DNA of 41,290 bases from an uncultured Methanosarcinales archaeon (GTDB taxonomy: Archaea > Nanobdellota > Nanobdellia > Woesearchaeales > JAGVZT01), in NCBI GenBank assembly GCA_964419615.1, contig CAYQPU010000012.1:1-41290 (forward strand), written 5' to 3'. How positions within the stretch are numbered: the first letter of the stretch is position 1; each line of letters starts with the position of its first letter. The notes below the pieces were generated by a model. It saw only the letters and a program-made list of their open reading frames with translations. It had not been told where the DNA came from and did not search any database. The position numbers and the translations under genes were made by a program. Shown here piece by piece: positions 1-8,849 of the stretch.

Positions 1-40
1 AATAAAATTAATATACTATTTGTTGTTTTAATGTAAATAT

Positions 41-301
41 GCCAAGGTGGCATAAAGGAAATCAGAGATTTCCATACACATAAATCTTCGATTTCTGTGG
101 AATCCGGTTATTGCGCTGGTCTCGAACGATCTTTTAATAAAAGCTCGACCAAAACATAAGGGATTATTAATCCCTTGACGTGGACTGTTTTAAAACAAGA
201 TAACCACGACACGATCTTTAGTTCAAGAGTTAACCAGTTTCCTTTGGATATCCCGGTTCAAACAAGCACAAAAAAGTGCATTGAAAGTCCGGGCCTTGGC
301 G
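41..301 (+). tRNA. tRNA-Ser(CGA) with three introns (D-arm about 56-102, anticodon loop 127-231, T-loop 263-287)
   Basis: Acceptor GCCAAGG(41-47)/CCTTGGC(294-300) plus G73 (301); anticodon stem CTGGT/ACCAG with CT-CGA-A at 121-126; long variable arm TTTCCTTTGGATAT; T-stem CCCGG/CCGGG. Removing 47, 105 and 25 nt leaves an 84-nt class II cloverleaf. CCA is not encoded. Confidence 0.9.
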
Positions 302-307
302 TATTTT

Positions 308-922
308 TTATTTTATAGAATCATATTCGGAAAATGAAATTTGCATTTCTTTACACAGTTGACCTTGAGCTTGTATGAAAGCTGTTTCTTTTTTATCCAT
401 GGGGATATTACTAATTCTGTAAGCAAGAGTTGCTCTGATTGATTCCTCAAAGTCAATTGAACTCTGTGGGATCCAAGCAAGTTTTCCTGATTCTTGTCTG
501 GCTCTGATCATATAAGATATATCATTTAATATCTCATGACCATATGACTGTGCATGTTGTTCAATAAGCTTAACAGCTTCGCTTGGAAGTGAGTCGTGCC
601 TTGCTTTTTCTGTTACATGTACTGGACCAGAGTCTAACATATTAAATAAATCTGAATTATACAGAGCAACCACAAAATCTCCTTTACCCATATGATGTGT
701 TGTTATGAGGGTGAATGCAACAAAATCTCCTTTCTCAAGATAAAGACCATTATGGTAAATATGTGGCAGAGCTACAAAAGGTGTTTTGTGGTAGCCCATT
801 TCTGGCTCTGTTCTTTGTGAGTATTTTACAATACTTCCATCTAATTCAAATAAATCATGCATTTGATATTTGTAAATCAATGGTTCAAAATCTCTTGCTT
901 GAAATAGTTTATTTACAGACAT
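308..922 (-). CDS. hypothetical protein
   Basis: 204-aa ORF with ATG start and an AT-rich promoter-like region upstream; no family recognised. Confidence 0.7.
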   Translation of the reverse strand: MSVNKLFQARDFEPLIYKYQMHDLFELDGSIVKYSQRTEPEMGYHKTPFVALPHIYHNGLYLEKGDFVAFTLITTHHMGKGDFVVALYNSDLFNMLDSGPVHVTEKARHDSLPSEAVKLIEQHAQSYGHEILNDISYMIRARQESGKLAWIPQSSIDFEESIRATLAYRISNIPMDKKETAFIQAQGQLCKEMQISFSEYDSIK

Positions 923-1005
923 AAAGAGAGATTTTTTATAGTATTTAAATAATCTTTTTGACTAATTTCCATATTTTAAGGATTATGGACAAAGATCATA
1001 CGAGT

Positions 1006-1587
1006 TTAAGGTAGCATTATTGGAAAGTCTTCTGATCTACCTGAATGAAATAAAAATCTTCGAACGTAAAAATGAAGTACCCTTCTTTGCGGATGAAAAC
1101 AAGCTATCTTTGATCTTGCTGCAAAAAATTCAGGGTGTTGATTTTCCACCATAAATTGAAAATAATTTGGAACTGAATCAAGAGCATATCTGTGGGCAAC
1201 GTCTCCACTATTTCTCCCAAGTAGTGGAAGAAAGTGCATTTTTTCAACATCAAATTCTTATTCTTCTGCTAATACTTTCGCACCTCTAGCTATTGTAAAA
1301 CCACATTCGAATAGATCATCAACATACACAAGGAATGAATACTTTTTATCAACATCCGGTACCACTTCATCCCTTCCCCTAAACTTATGCCCAACATATC
1401 CAGGTGGAGTGTATTCATATACTTGTGTTTTAAGTTGAGGAATATCAACAAAGAGTTTTTCATCAAGAATAGATTGTACATAACCGGGATTAGTTTCTGA
1501 AGGAATTTTGATTACAGCTATTTGATCGGGTGTAGCTTTTTCTAGGAGATCTGCTAAACCTTGTTCATATTTATTTAGTGTTATCAT
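1006..1587 (-). pseudogene. phosphoribosyltransferase-like protein interrupted by one in-frame TAA (1258-1260)
   Basis: Track ORFs 1258..1587 and 1006..1239 share a frame and read through as LVYVDDLFECGFTIARGAKVLAEE*EFDVEKMHFLPLL, resembling the type I PRTase PRPP-binding loop and the following strand. Confidence 0.5.
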
Positions 1588-2006
1588 CTTCCCAATTCAA
1601 ATTCAGCTGGTAGTGACCTGGGATTAATATGATGTTCTTTTGCATATGCATCAACCATATTAGAAAAGTCTACACCAACTACTCTTATCCATTCTGAAAC
1701 CATGTATGCAGCCCCATAGTCTTTTTCTCTAATTGTTGTTCCTAATTGAGGTATTAAAGACCTTATGATTACAATTGGATAATATTCACTGTTAAGCTCT
1801 AATGTTTTGAATGTGTTTTCTTTCATTTGATATTGAGTCTTCATTTTTTCAAAGACTGTGTCAAGTATTTTTTCATTGTGAGTCCAGTTTGGATTTTCTT
1901 CTCCTACATTAAGCATAGTCCCAAGCAAGTAACTGGCTGTATAACAATCAAATTGATTTATCATGCATTCTCTAAGTGTTTTAAGATCAGTGAATTTGAA
2001 TTTCAT
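1584..2006 (-). CDS. hypothetical protein, paralog of 34822..35229
   Basis: Shares FK.TD..T.R.C.I, FKT.EL.SEYYPIV.IRSL.PQL and DY..A.M.S.WI with the 34822 ORF. Confidence 0.8.
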   Translation of the reverse strand: MKFKFTDLKTLRECMINQFDCYTASYLLGTMLNVGEENPNWTHNEKILDTVFEKMKTQYQMKENTFKTLELNSEYYPIVIIRSLIPQLGTTIREKDYGAAYMVSEWIRVVGVDFSNMVDAYAKEHHINPRSLPAEFELGR

Positions 2007-2094
2007 GTAAGCTTAAGAGAGTAATTATTGGTATTTAAATCTTGTTATTTAATTGTTACTGTCGAGTGAGAAATCAATAAAGATTACTCTTAAT

Positions 2095-3768
2095 TTATCC
2101 TTTAACAGATATTTTTAATGAAAGCTGAGGGAATTTGCTTTTTAACCTGGGGTGTTTTTTTATTATCTCTTTTGATAAGTTTTTTAAGATTATACTTGGA
2201 CTGTAATTAATATGATTCTGACAGATTTCAGTGAACATTTTCCCTATTTCATTTATAACCAATTCATCTTCTTGGTTAATAAGTTTATTTTTTTCAAGAT
2301 GTATTAAGCTAAATAGTCCCTCCTTTGCATAGTAACTTACTTTTGGATTCACTATTTCAATTCTAAAAGTGTATTCATTTGAGTTAATATAGAATCTAAT
2401 AAGATTGTCAACCATTTCTCTATTAATTGAATTGATTACATCTTTATCTTCAAAGAAAAACAAGCAAGCATAGAATTGTTTTTTGGGATCATCTGTTGTG
2501 AATTTGAGTTCGTTATTTTCATATTCCATCAAATTAGTTTCCTTTAATTTTGTTATTGCTTCTTTAAATTCATTAAGTAGTTCTTTTTGAAAACTAGAAA
2601 CAAACAATTCAGACTTTACTGATCTGTAGATTGACAAAGATCTTAAAATAAACTGAATCATTGACAATCTGGTATTTTTTTGAAATCCTTTGAAATGAAA
2701 TCTATTATTTGATGAGATACACCGATATTCTAGTTTGGAGAAAATATACGAATTTGCTCCTGGTCCTAGACCAAACACTGATTTTTTTATATTACTTTCA
2801 AATTGATATCTTGATGAGTATTTGTAAGGATGAAGTAACAGTATGCTTGGGGTTGCTTGTCTGTCTGCTTTAAGGGGATTTGGCCATTTGTATTTTTTTA
2901 TTCTAACTAATCCTTGGATGTAATTCTCAGCAGGCAGGATTAGATCATGCAAATGTTTGTAGAACTTTTCTGATGACGAATTAAAGTGTTTAGTTAAGTA
3001 TTCATTGCGGGGTTTTAGTGGATAGATTGAGACTGTTGAAGGATTTAGTTCTAGAATTCTTTTTAATGTTGACTTAAAATTATTAATAGTCTGACCATCA
3101 AGTCCGATCATTATATCCATATTGGTTTCTGAAAAACCAATTTGCTCTAACATCTGCATTGCATTTTTCACAGTTTTTAATGTCTGGTATTCTCTATTAT
3201 GTACCCTAAGTAATTCTTTATCTAAAGTCTGGACTCCAAAACTGATTCGGTTTATTCCAATTTGCTTTAGAATTTCTAGTTTTTTTAAAGTAATAAGAGC
3301 TGGATTAACTTCGCATGTTTTTTGAGTGTTTGCTTTGAATAAGTAATTTGATTTCAGGGCTGCCAGGATGTTATGTAATTGATTTTCATCTAATATGGAT
3401 GGAGTTCCACCACCAATGTATAGACTATTGAATTTAATTTCATTAAAAATATCTTTAAAATAATCTATTTGCTGTATTAGATTCTTTGTGTAAGATTTTA
3501 CTTGTTCTGGTGAGTAAATGTCACTTTTACAAATACAATAGGAACATTTTTTTTTGCAAAAAGGAACGTGCAAGTAAAAGTCTATAGGAAGGTTTTTTTG
3601 TGATTTATCAGCTAAGAACTTTTGCCAGTATTTTTTTATATCAATTTTAGATAATATTTTTTCTTTAAATATTATTGTTGGGATTGTAGGTATTAAGTAG
3701 TCTTCTTGATAATGTAGATCTTCTAATGAGTTTATAAAACACTTACGAAGGTTGGTAAGATTGGCCAT
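2095..3768 (-). CDS. HemN/HemW-like (coproporphyrinogen III oxidase family) radical SAM protein with C-terminal extension
   Basis: FYLHVPFCKKKCSYC (CxxxCxxC), LYIGGGTPS, RISFGVQT and DIMIGL motifs; 557 aa, longer than typical HemW. Confidence 0.85.
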   Translation of the reverse strand: MANLTNLRKCFINSLEDLHYQEDYLIPTIPTIIFKEKILSKIDIKKYWQKFLADKSQKNLPIDFYLHVPFCKKKCSYCICKSDIYSPEQVKSYTKNLIQQIDYFKDIFNEIKFNSLYIGGGTPSILDENQLHNILAALKSNYLFKANTQKTCEVNPALITLKKLEILKQIGINRISFGVQTLDKELLRVHNREYQTLKTVKNAMQMLEQIGFSETNMDIMIGLDGQTINNFKSTLKRILELNPSTVSIYPLKPRNEYLTKHFNSSSEKFYKHLHDLILPAENYIQGLVRIKKYKWPNPLKADRQATPSILLLHPYKYSSRYQFESNIKKSVFGLGPGANSYIFSKLEYRCISSNNRFHFKGFQKNTRLSMIQFILRSLSIYRSVKSELFVSSFQKELLNEFKEAITKLKETNLMEYENNELKFTTDDPKKQFYACLFFFEDKDVINSINREMVDNLIRFYINSNEYTFRIEIVNPKVSYYAKEGLFSLIHLEKNKLINQEDELVINEIGKMFTEICQNHINYSPSIILKNLSKEIIKKHPRLKSKFPQLSLKISVKG

Positions 3769-3878
3769 GGTTTTAGAATTGGTGTTAGATTATTAATAAT
3801 TTGTGAACTTTGGGATCTCTTATTTTCAATAATTATATAAATGGTGTCCATATTAGTTGTGGAACAAATATTTAAAAA

Positions 3879-4355
3879 ATGTACAACGAATGGCTTGAAG
3901 AATATAAGAATTTGATAGAGATAGATACTCCAAGGTTTAGTTATCCTATCCATTGGCCAGTTATTGTTACTGATACAGGAGATCTTTCACTAAGGGAAAT
4001 ACTTATTGCATCTGAATTGGTTACAATAAAAGAAAATGAGTTTACAAGTGAGTTTTCCAGAAAGTTAAAAAATTTATTTTTTAATGGAACAGTGAAGTAT
4101 GAATTAACATTAAAGGAAGAGCTATCTGAATTTCATTATCAAGGAAAAGTAATAGGTATGGATGTAGATGCAAGAATAAAAACTAACATTCCAGGAATTA
4201 ATATTGTAGAGCTTGTTGCAGCAAATGACAGAGCTGAATATATGGGAAATCTTGAGTCTTCTATGAATACCCGTGATATAATATTTTGCATTGATTCAAT
4301 GGAAGATAGAAATCTTCATATTTTTAAGCCACTTATTGATCCAGAGTATAGTTGA
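3879..4355 (+). CDS. hypothetical protein
   Basis: 158-aa ORF divergent from the radical SAM gene; TTTAAAAA just upstream. Confidence 0.65.
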   Translation: MYNEWLEEYKNLIEIDTPRFSYPIHWPVIVTDTGDLSLREILIASELVTIKENEFTSEFSRKLKNLFFNGTVKYELTLKEELSEFHYQGKVIGMDVDARIKTNIPGINIVELVAANDRAEYMGNLESSMNTRDIIFCIDSMEDRNLHIFKPLIDPEYS

Positions 4356-4496
4356 CGAATTGGGTGGAACAATAATCATGAAAAAGAAAGCATTCTGTTT
4401 TGTTTGGGGTTCAGAAATTATTTATCCAGTATGATTAGAAAATGCCTTTATTAAGATTTAGCAATTCTTATTAAGTCTAATTAATTCTTTGATTTT

Positions 4497-5264
4497 ATGA
4501 CAAAGACCCCATTTGATTATCCTTATATGTTTAATAAGAATAATTTAGATCATATGTTCGATTTGATGGGAGGGAATAGAGAACATATTGCTGAAGGTTT
4601 TTTCTGGTCCTTTAGATATTTGTGGACTGGATCAATTGAGGGAGATTATTTGGAGTTTGGTGTTGCAAATGGCAGGACTTTTGCAAATGCTTATGTTTTT
4701 GGGACTTATCCAAAAGAAAAGTATGGTTGTGGTAAGTTTCCTGATGTTTTAGCCTATATGCATTTTTATGGTTTTGATAGTTTTGAAGGTTTACCTGAAC
4801 CGCACGGACATGATGCTGAGGTTGAACTGCAAAGTGATTTTGTGCAAGGTGCCTATAACTCATCTGTGGTGGAAGTTAAGGCAAACATGGCAGAGCTTAA
4901 AGCTGATTTTGATAGGATTACTCTTGTTGAGGGTTGGTATGAAGATACTCTTACTGATGAAAATAGAGCTGAACTTGGAATAGAAAAAGCAGCTCTGGTA
5001 CATGTTGATTGTGATCTTTATGAAAGTGCTGTTTTGGCACTTGATTTTGTAACTCCTATTTTAGTTCCTGGTTCCATTATAATGTTTGATGATTATCTGT
5101 GCAATAATGCTAATCCTAATGCTGGCGAGAGAAAAGCATTTTCTGATTGGCAAAAGAAGAATCCTAGGTTTGATGTTTTTGAGTACAGAAAGTATTCAAC
5201 TCATGCTGTTTCGTTCATTGTTAATCCTCCAGAGGAACATTTCAAAATCAGTAAAATTTTTTGA
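4497..5264 (+). CDS. TylF/MycF/NovP-family (macrocin-type) O-methyltransferase
   Basis: GDYLEFGV.NG, GFDSFEGLP, EGWYEDTL, HVDCDLYESA..AL and IMFDDY motifs. Confidence 0.9.
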   Translation: MTKTPFDYPYMFNKNNLDHMFDLMGGNREHIAEGFFWSFRYLWTGSIEGDYLEFGVANGRTFANAYVFGTYPKEKYGCGKFPDVLAYMHFYGFDSFEGLPEPHGHDAEVELQSDFVQGAYNSSVVEVKANMAELKADFDRITLVEGWYEDTLTDENRAELGIEKAALVHVDCDLYESAVLALDFVTPILVPGSIIMFDDYLCNNANPNAGERKAFSDWQKKNPRFDVFEYRKYSTHAVSFIVNPPEEHFKISKIF

Positions 5265-5309
5265 TAAGATTTTTATATTCAGAAGTATTATTAGGCAAGG
5301 TGAGGTAAT

Positions 5310-5666
5310 ATGAAAGAAGATCTTTTTGAAATAATCACAAAAACATTGAGTAATCCTAAATTGGGTCAAATGCTTAACCGTCAACTGTGGAATGCAGCAA
5401 ATAAGAAGGGTGAATTTTATCTAAGGAACACTAATGTAGGGATAGTTGTTTTAGGAGAAGATGAGGAATTAGAACTTGATGCATACAGGCAATTTGGAAA
5501 TGTTTACTTACTACATGTTCCTTTCTCAGATATACCTGATTTAGTAAGTAATGAGGCTATAATGCACGTTGAAGCTAGTATTCCATATGAACCACACGTA
5601 GGATATATTGAACAATTGCGGCAGAGTGTTGCAATGAGAAGATTACAAAGGAAATATCCTGCTTGA
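5310..5666 (+). CDS. hypothetical protein
   Basis: 118-aa ORF with GTGAGG SD-like sequence upstream of ATG. Confidence 0.7.
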   Translation: MKEDLFEIITKTLSNPKLGQMLNRQLWNAANKKGEFYLRNTNVGIVVLGEDEELELDAYRQFGNVYLLHVPFSDIPDLVSNEAIMHVEASIPYEPHVGYIEQLRQSVAMRRLQRKYPA

Positions 5667-5754
5667 CTATAGTAATTGATAATTCATTTAGTATCACCAA
5701 TATTATGAAAAATCTTAAATCTAGTAATCAATTTACTGGATTTCTCAATACAAT

Positions 5755-6504
5755 CTAATTGTTTTCACTATTAATCACTGTTTGGACCAATCTTGTGTAA
5801 TCTTTTGCACCTCTTGATGATGGAGCATATTTAAAGATTGATTTTTTGGCTCTTGGAGCTTCTCTTAGTTTTGAATTTATTCTGATAGGGTCAGTTACCA
5901 TCCCATAGTATTCGTTTGTTATTTCTGTTAACACTGTGTTACAGATTTTGTTTCTTTTATCAAGCATTGTTGGAACTATATGTGTTATCTTTAAATTGTG
6001 ACCATTTTTTTGATTAAAGGATTGGATGATATTGATTATCTTGTGCAAACTGTCAAATCCAAGCGGATCTAAGGTTGTTGGGATGATTGCTTCATCTGAA
6101 AACCTCATCACATTTTCAACTAACAGTCCAGCCCATGGAGGACAATCCACAATTATATAATCATACCCATCTGTGGAATTTAGTCTTGAACTCAAAATAT
6201 CAATAGAATCTGCTTTTTGAGCCAGAATTGTTTCAACTGCATTCATCTCGCCCATGCTGATTATGGCGTCAAAATTGTGGCCTATTGTGTGTGTACATTC
6301 ACTCACATCTGCACCATTTGTTAAGAACTGGAACATGTCTTTTTTGAATTTTTCAATTGGAAAATAGGTTGCCACATGTCCTTGTGGATCTAGGTCCAGT
6401 AATAATACTTTCTTGTCTTGCATTGATAGTCCTGCTGCAAGATTTACTGCTGTTGTTGTTTTTGCTACTCCTCCTTTCTGATTGATCACACATATCTTTC
6501 TCAT
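5755..6504 (-). CDS. ParA/Soj-family ATPase
   Basis: NQKGGVAKTTTAVNLA deviant Walker A, LLLDLDPQG, YIIVDCPP and IRINSKLREAP. Confidence 0.92.
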   Translation of the reverse strand: MRKICVINQKGGVAKTTTAVNLAAGLSMQDKKVLLLDLDPQGHVATYFPIEKFKKDMFQFLTNGADVSECTHTIGHNFDAIISMGEMNAVETILAQKADSIDILSSRLNSTDGYDYIIVDCPPWAGLLVENVMRFSDEAIIPTTLDPLGFDSLHKIINIIQSFNQKNGHNLKITHIVPTMLDKRNKICNTVLTEITNEYYGMVTDPIRINSKLREAPRAKKSIFKYAPSSRGAKDYTRLVQTVINSENN

Positions 6505-6765
6505 TAATATTCACCTCAAGAATATATATTAGAGTATACAAAAATAACAACTAGTATATAAAACCAATGTATCTCAGAATGGTTATTTTTCAGTATAACA
6601 ATCTGCTTTCCAGATTCAGAATTTTAATTTGCATTATTTTGTTTAAAATGAAATTTTCGGATTTGTTTGATTAAAGTATTTAAAATTCAAATTGCAACTA
6701 AGTTAATGATGAAGCTATCAAAACATTTATATAATACCTTATGTATGTACTATAGTGAACATATA

Positions 6766-6993
6766 ATGGGAAAAATAACAACAATTCAACTTGATAAAAA
6801 TGTGGTTGATGCATTAAAATCAATTAAGAGATATCCTAGACAAACATACAATGACCTTATACAGGAGTTAGTTTTATTGTTTAATAATGTGAAACAAAAG
6901 AATCAGTATGATGAGTTTTTACACAAGATTCAGCAGCCAAAAATGAAGGAGTTGTGGGGTAACAAAGAGGATGGAGATTGGGAAAATGTTTAG
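6766..6993 (+). CDS. putative antitoxin (RHH-like DNA-binding N-terminus)
   Basis: Likely start MGKITTIQLD...RQTYNDLIQEL with acidic tail ELWGNKEDGDWE; lies directly upstream of a PemK/MazF toxin. The track start at 6667 looks too long. Confidence 0.75.
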   Translation: MGKITTIQLDKNVVDALKSIKRYPRQTYNDLIQELVLLFNNVKQKNQYDEFLHKIQQPKMKELWGNKEDGDWENV

Positions 6994-7025
6994 TTTCTAT
7001 TCTCAATTGATTACAGGTGCTAATA

Positions 7026-7337
7026 ATGATTAGAGCTGGAGATGTTATACTGGCAAAGATCCAATTTGCTGATACATTTAAAATTAAGAAAAGACCAGCA
7101 CTTGTTTTATTTAGTGAATTTGATAATTTAATTGTAGCTGGAATAACGAGTAATGTTAAGATGAAAGGAATTCGTTTAAGTAAAGAAGATGGAGCTATTA
7201 AAAACAGTGTTATTAAATTGAATTATATTTTTACAATATCTGCTGCAATGGTTGATAAGGTTTTGTTTCATTTACCAAGGAAGACTAAGAAAAAGGTTTA
7301 TTCAGAGATGATGCTTAGATTAGAATCTCTTAATTAG
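7026..7337 (+). CDS. PemK/MazF-family toxin
   Basis: GDVILAKIQFAD..KKRPALVL...LIVAGITS matches the MazF fold signature. Confidence 0.85.
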   Translation: MIRAGDVILAKIQFADTFKIKKRPALVLFSEFDNLIVAGITSNVKMKGIRLSKEDGAIKNSVIKLNYIFTISAAMVDKVLFHLPRKTKKKVYSEMMLRLESLN

Positions 7338-7969
7338 AAGCTAAGAAAATCCATTGCTTTTGGGACATCTTTTTCTTCTATTAAGAGCATGGTGTCTGTC
7401 CAGCAGCTTAGTGTTTCTCCTATGTTTATTCCTTTTTCTCCAAATAGACTGTATAGATATGCTAGTGATCCCGGTGTTGATTCTATGTCTTCAGGGCTTT
7501 TGATTATGATCATTGCCCAGTTCTTTGATATTTTTTTAATGTGTTTTTTAAAAAGTTTTTCTAGGTCAGGTAGGTTTTTTTCTGAGATTATTATTGTCAT
7601 TGCTTTTGTTCCTTCAAGTGCATAGAATAGATCTGCGTTTGTTCTGATTTTTTCTTCTACTTGTGAAAGTTTTTTTGTGTAAAATCCTTTTTCAACTATT
7701 ACAACAACTATTTTTGTTTTTATTTCTAACTCGCTTTCTTTGAATAAATTTATGATTTTGTTTTCCAATGGTTTTTGTTTTTTGATTTTTTGTTCATATC
7801 TTCTGCATGCTATTAGGATTGCTTCCATGCTTGTTTTGTTCTGAATGTTTAGATCCTTAGCTATTTTTCTTGATAGTTTGGAGTAGTTTAAAACGCCCTT
7901 TATTAAACAATCCTTAATGCTGGGATGTTCTGCTATGTATTGTTCTGTTAGCTCTGTTGTGGTTGGCAT
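7334..7969 (-). CDS. ACT-domain protein with N-terminal helical domain (possible regulator)
   Basis: N-terminal HPSIKDCL..G.LNYSKLSRKI; C-terminal PG.LAYLYSLFGEKGINI.E..SCWTDT ACT-like repeat. Confidence 0.75.
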   Translation of the reverse strand: MPTTTELTEQYIAEHPSIKDCLIKGVLNYSKLSRKIAKDLNIQNKTSMEAILIACRRYEQKIKKQKPLENKIINLFKESELEIKTKIVVVIVEKGFYTKKLSQVEEKIRTNADLFYALEGTKAMTIIISEKNLPDLEKLFKKHIKKISKNWAMIIIKSPEDIESTPGSLAYLYSLFGEKGINIGETLSCWTDTMLLIEEKDVPKAMDFLSF

Positions 7970-8012
7970 ATTAATATTGTTGATTTGCTTGAATATATAA
8001 ATTTAACTGATT

Positions 8013-8061
8013 TGTTTTATATAGAACATTTGTTTTGTATGAAACAATATTGTACAAAACA
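8013..8061. promoter_or_regulatory. tandem operator-like palindromes between divergent TATA boxes
   Basis: TGTTTTATATAGAACA (8013-8028), TGTTTTGTATGAAACA (8031-8046) and a partial copy ending TTGTACAAAACA (8061), flanked by TATA-like runs near 7993-8002 and 8068-8078. Confidence 0.55.
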
Positions 8062-8099
8062 GAAATGTTTATATATTTGGAGATTTTTCTCTTAATAAA

Positions 8100-8462
8100 A
8101 TGGATGAAATAAATGTTGCACCGGTTAAACCAACTATTACATTTAAAGATCTTGATAAGATTGATGTTAGAGTTGGAACTATTGAAAAGGTTGAGGATAT
8201 TGAGCAATCCGATAAGTTGGTTAAGCTTACTGTTGATTTTGGAGACCATAAGAGATCTATTGTTGTTGGGATGAAAAAGGAGCGAGAAGATTGCACAGAG
8301 GTTGAAGGATTGCAGGCTTTATTTGTTTTGAATCTTGAACCTAAAGAGATGATGGGTGTTATGTCTGAAGGAATGATCTTTGATATTGGTTATGCAGATA
8401 AGCTAGTTCCTGTTTTGGCTTTGCCAGAAAAACCAGTTCCAAATGGGACAAGAGTTGGTTAG
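8100..8462 (+). CDS. tRNA-binding OB-fold protein (Trbp111/CsaA family)
   Basis: LDKIDVRVGTIEKVEDIEQSDKL..L.VDFG, NLEPKEMMGVMSEGM and PNGTRVG. Confidence 0.9.
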   Translation: MDEINVAPVKPTITFKDLDKIDVRVGTIEKVEDIEQSDKLVKLTVDFGDHKRSIVVGMKKEREDCTEVEGLQALFVLNLEPKEMMGVMSEGMIFDIGYADKLVPVLALPEKPVPNGTRVG

Positions 8463-8849
8463 ATGAAAGCTGAAGATTTTCTTAAAGATGGTAAAGTATA
8501 TATCTGGAAAGAGGATTTCGCTGTTATTAAATCCAAACAAACTTGCAAAGAAGCTTTTGTAAATATTGTTGATAAAAGTGAGACTACTGTTATAATTGAA
8601 GAATCCAAGGTTAAGCAGGATTACATTATTGAGATTGAAAAAGGGTGGAAAATATTAACATTTGACATGGTTTTGCCTTTTGAATTGACAGGTTTCCTAT
8701 CAAAGGTAGCTTTATTGTTTGCTGATGCAAAGATAGGTATCTTTGCCATTTCTTCATTTTCCACAGATCATGTTCTTATTAAAAAAGAAGATTTAGATAA
8801 AGGTAAAAAAGTTCTTAAAGATCTGGGTTGTATTATTGAAGAGAAGTAG
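8463..8849 (+). CDS. ACT-domain protein (ACT_7-like)
   Basis: LPFELTGFLSKVA..FADAKIGIFAISSFSTDHVLIK motif. Confidence 0.85.
   Translation: MKAEDFLKDGKVYIWKEDFAVIKSKQTCKEAFVNIVDKSETTVIIEESKVKQDYIIEIEKGWKILTFDMVLPFELTGFLSKVALLFADAKIGIFAISSFSTDHVLIKKEDLDKGKKVLKDLGCIIEEK

Noticed and set aside
283-293. GAAAGTCCGGG resembling the RNase P RNA conserved region I
   Set aside because: Fully explained by the T-loop intron end and T-stem of tRNA-Ser; no other RNase P elements follow.
6533-6597. AGTATA repeats as a parS-like site
   Set aside because: Three 6-mers in very AT-rich DNA are within chance expectation; noted only as context.
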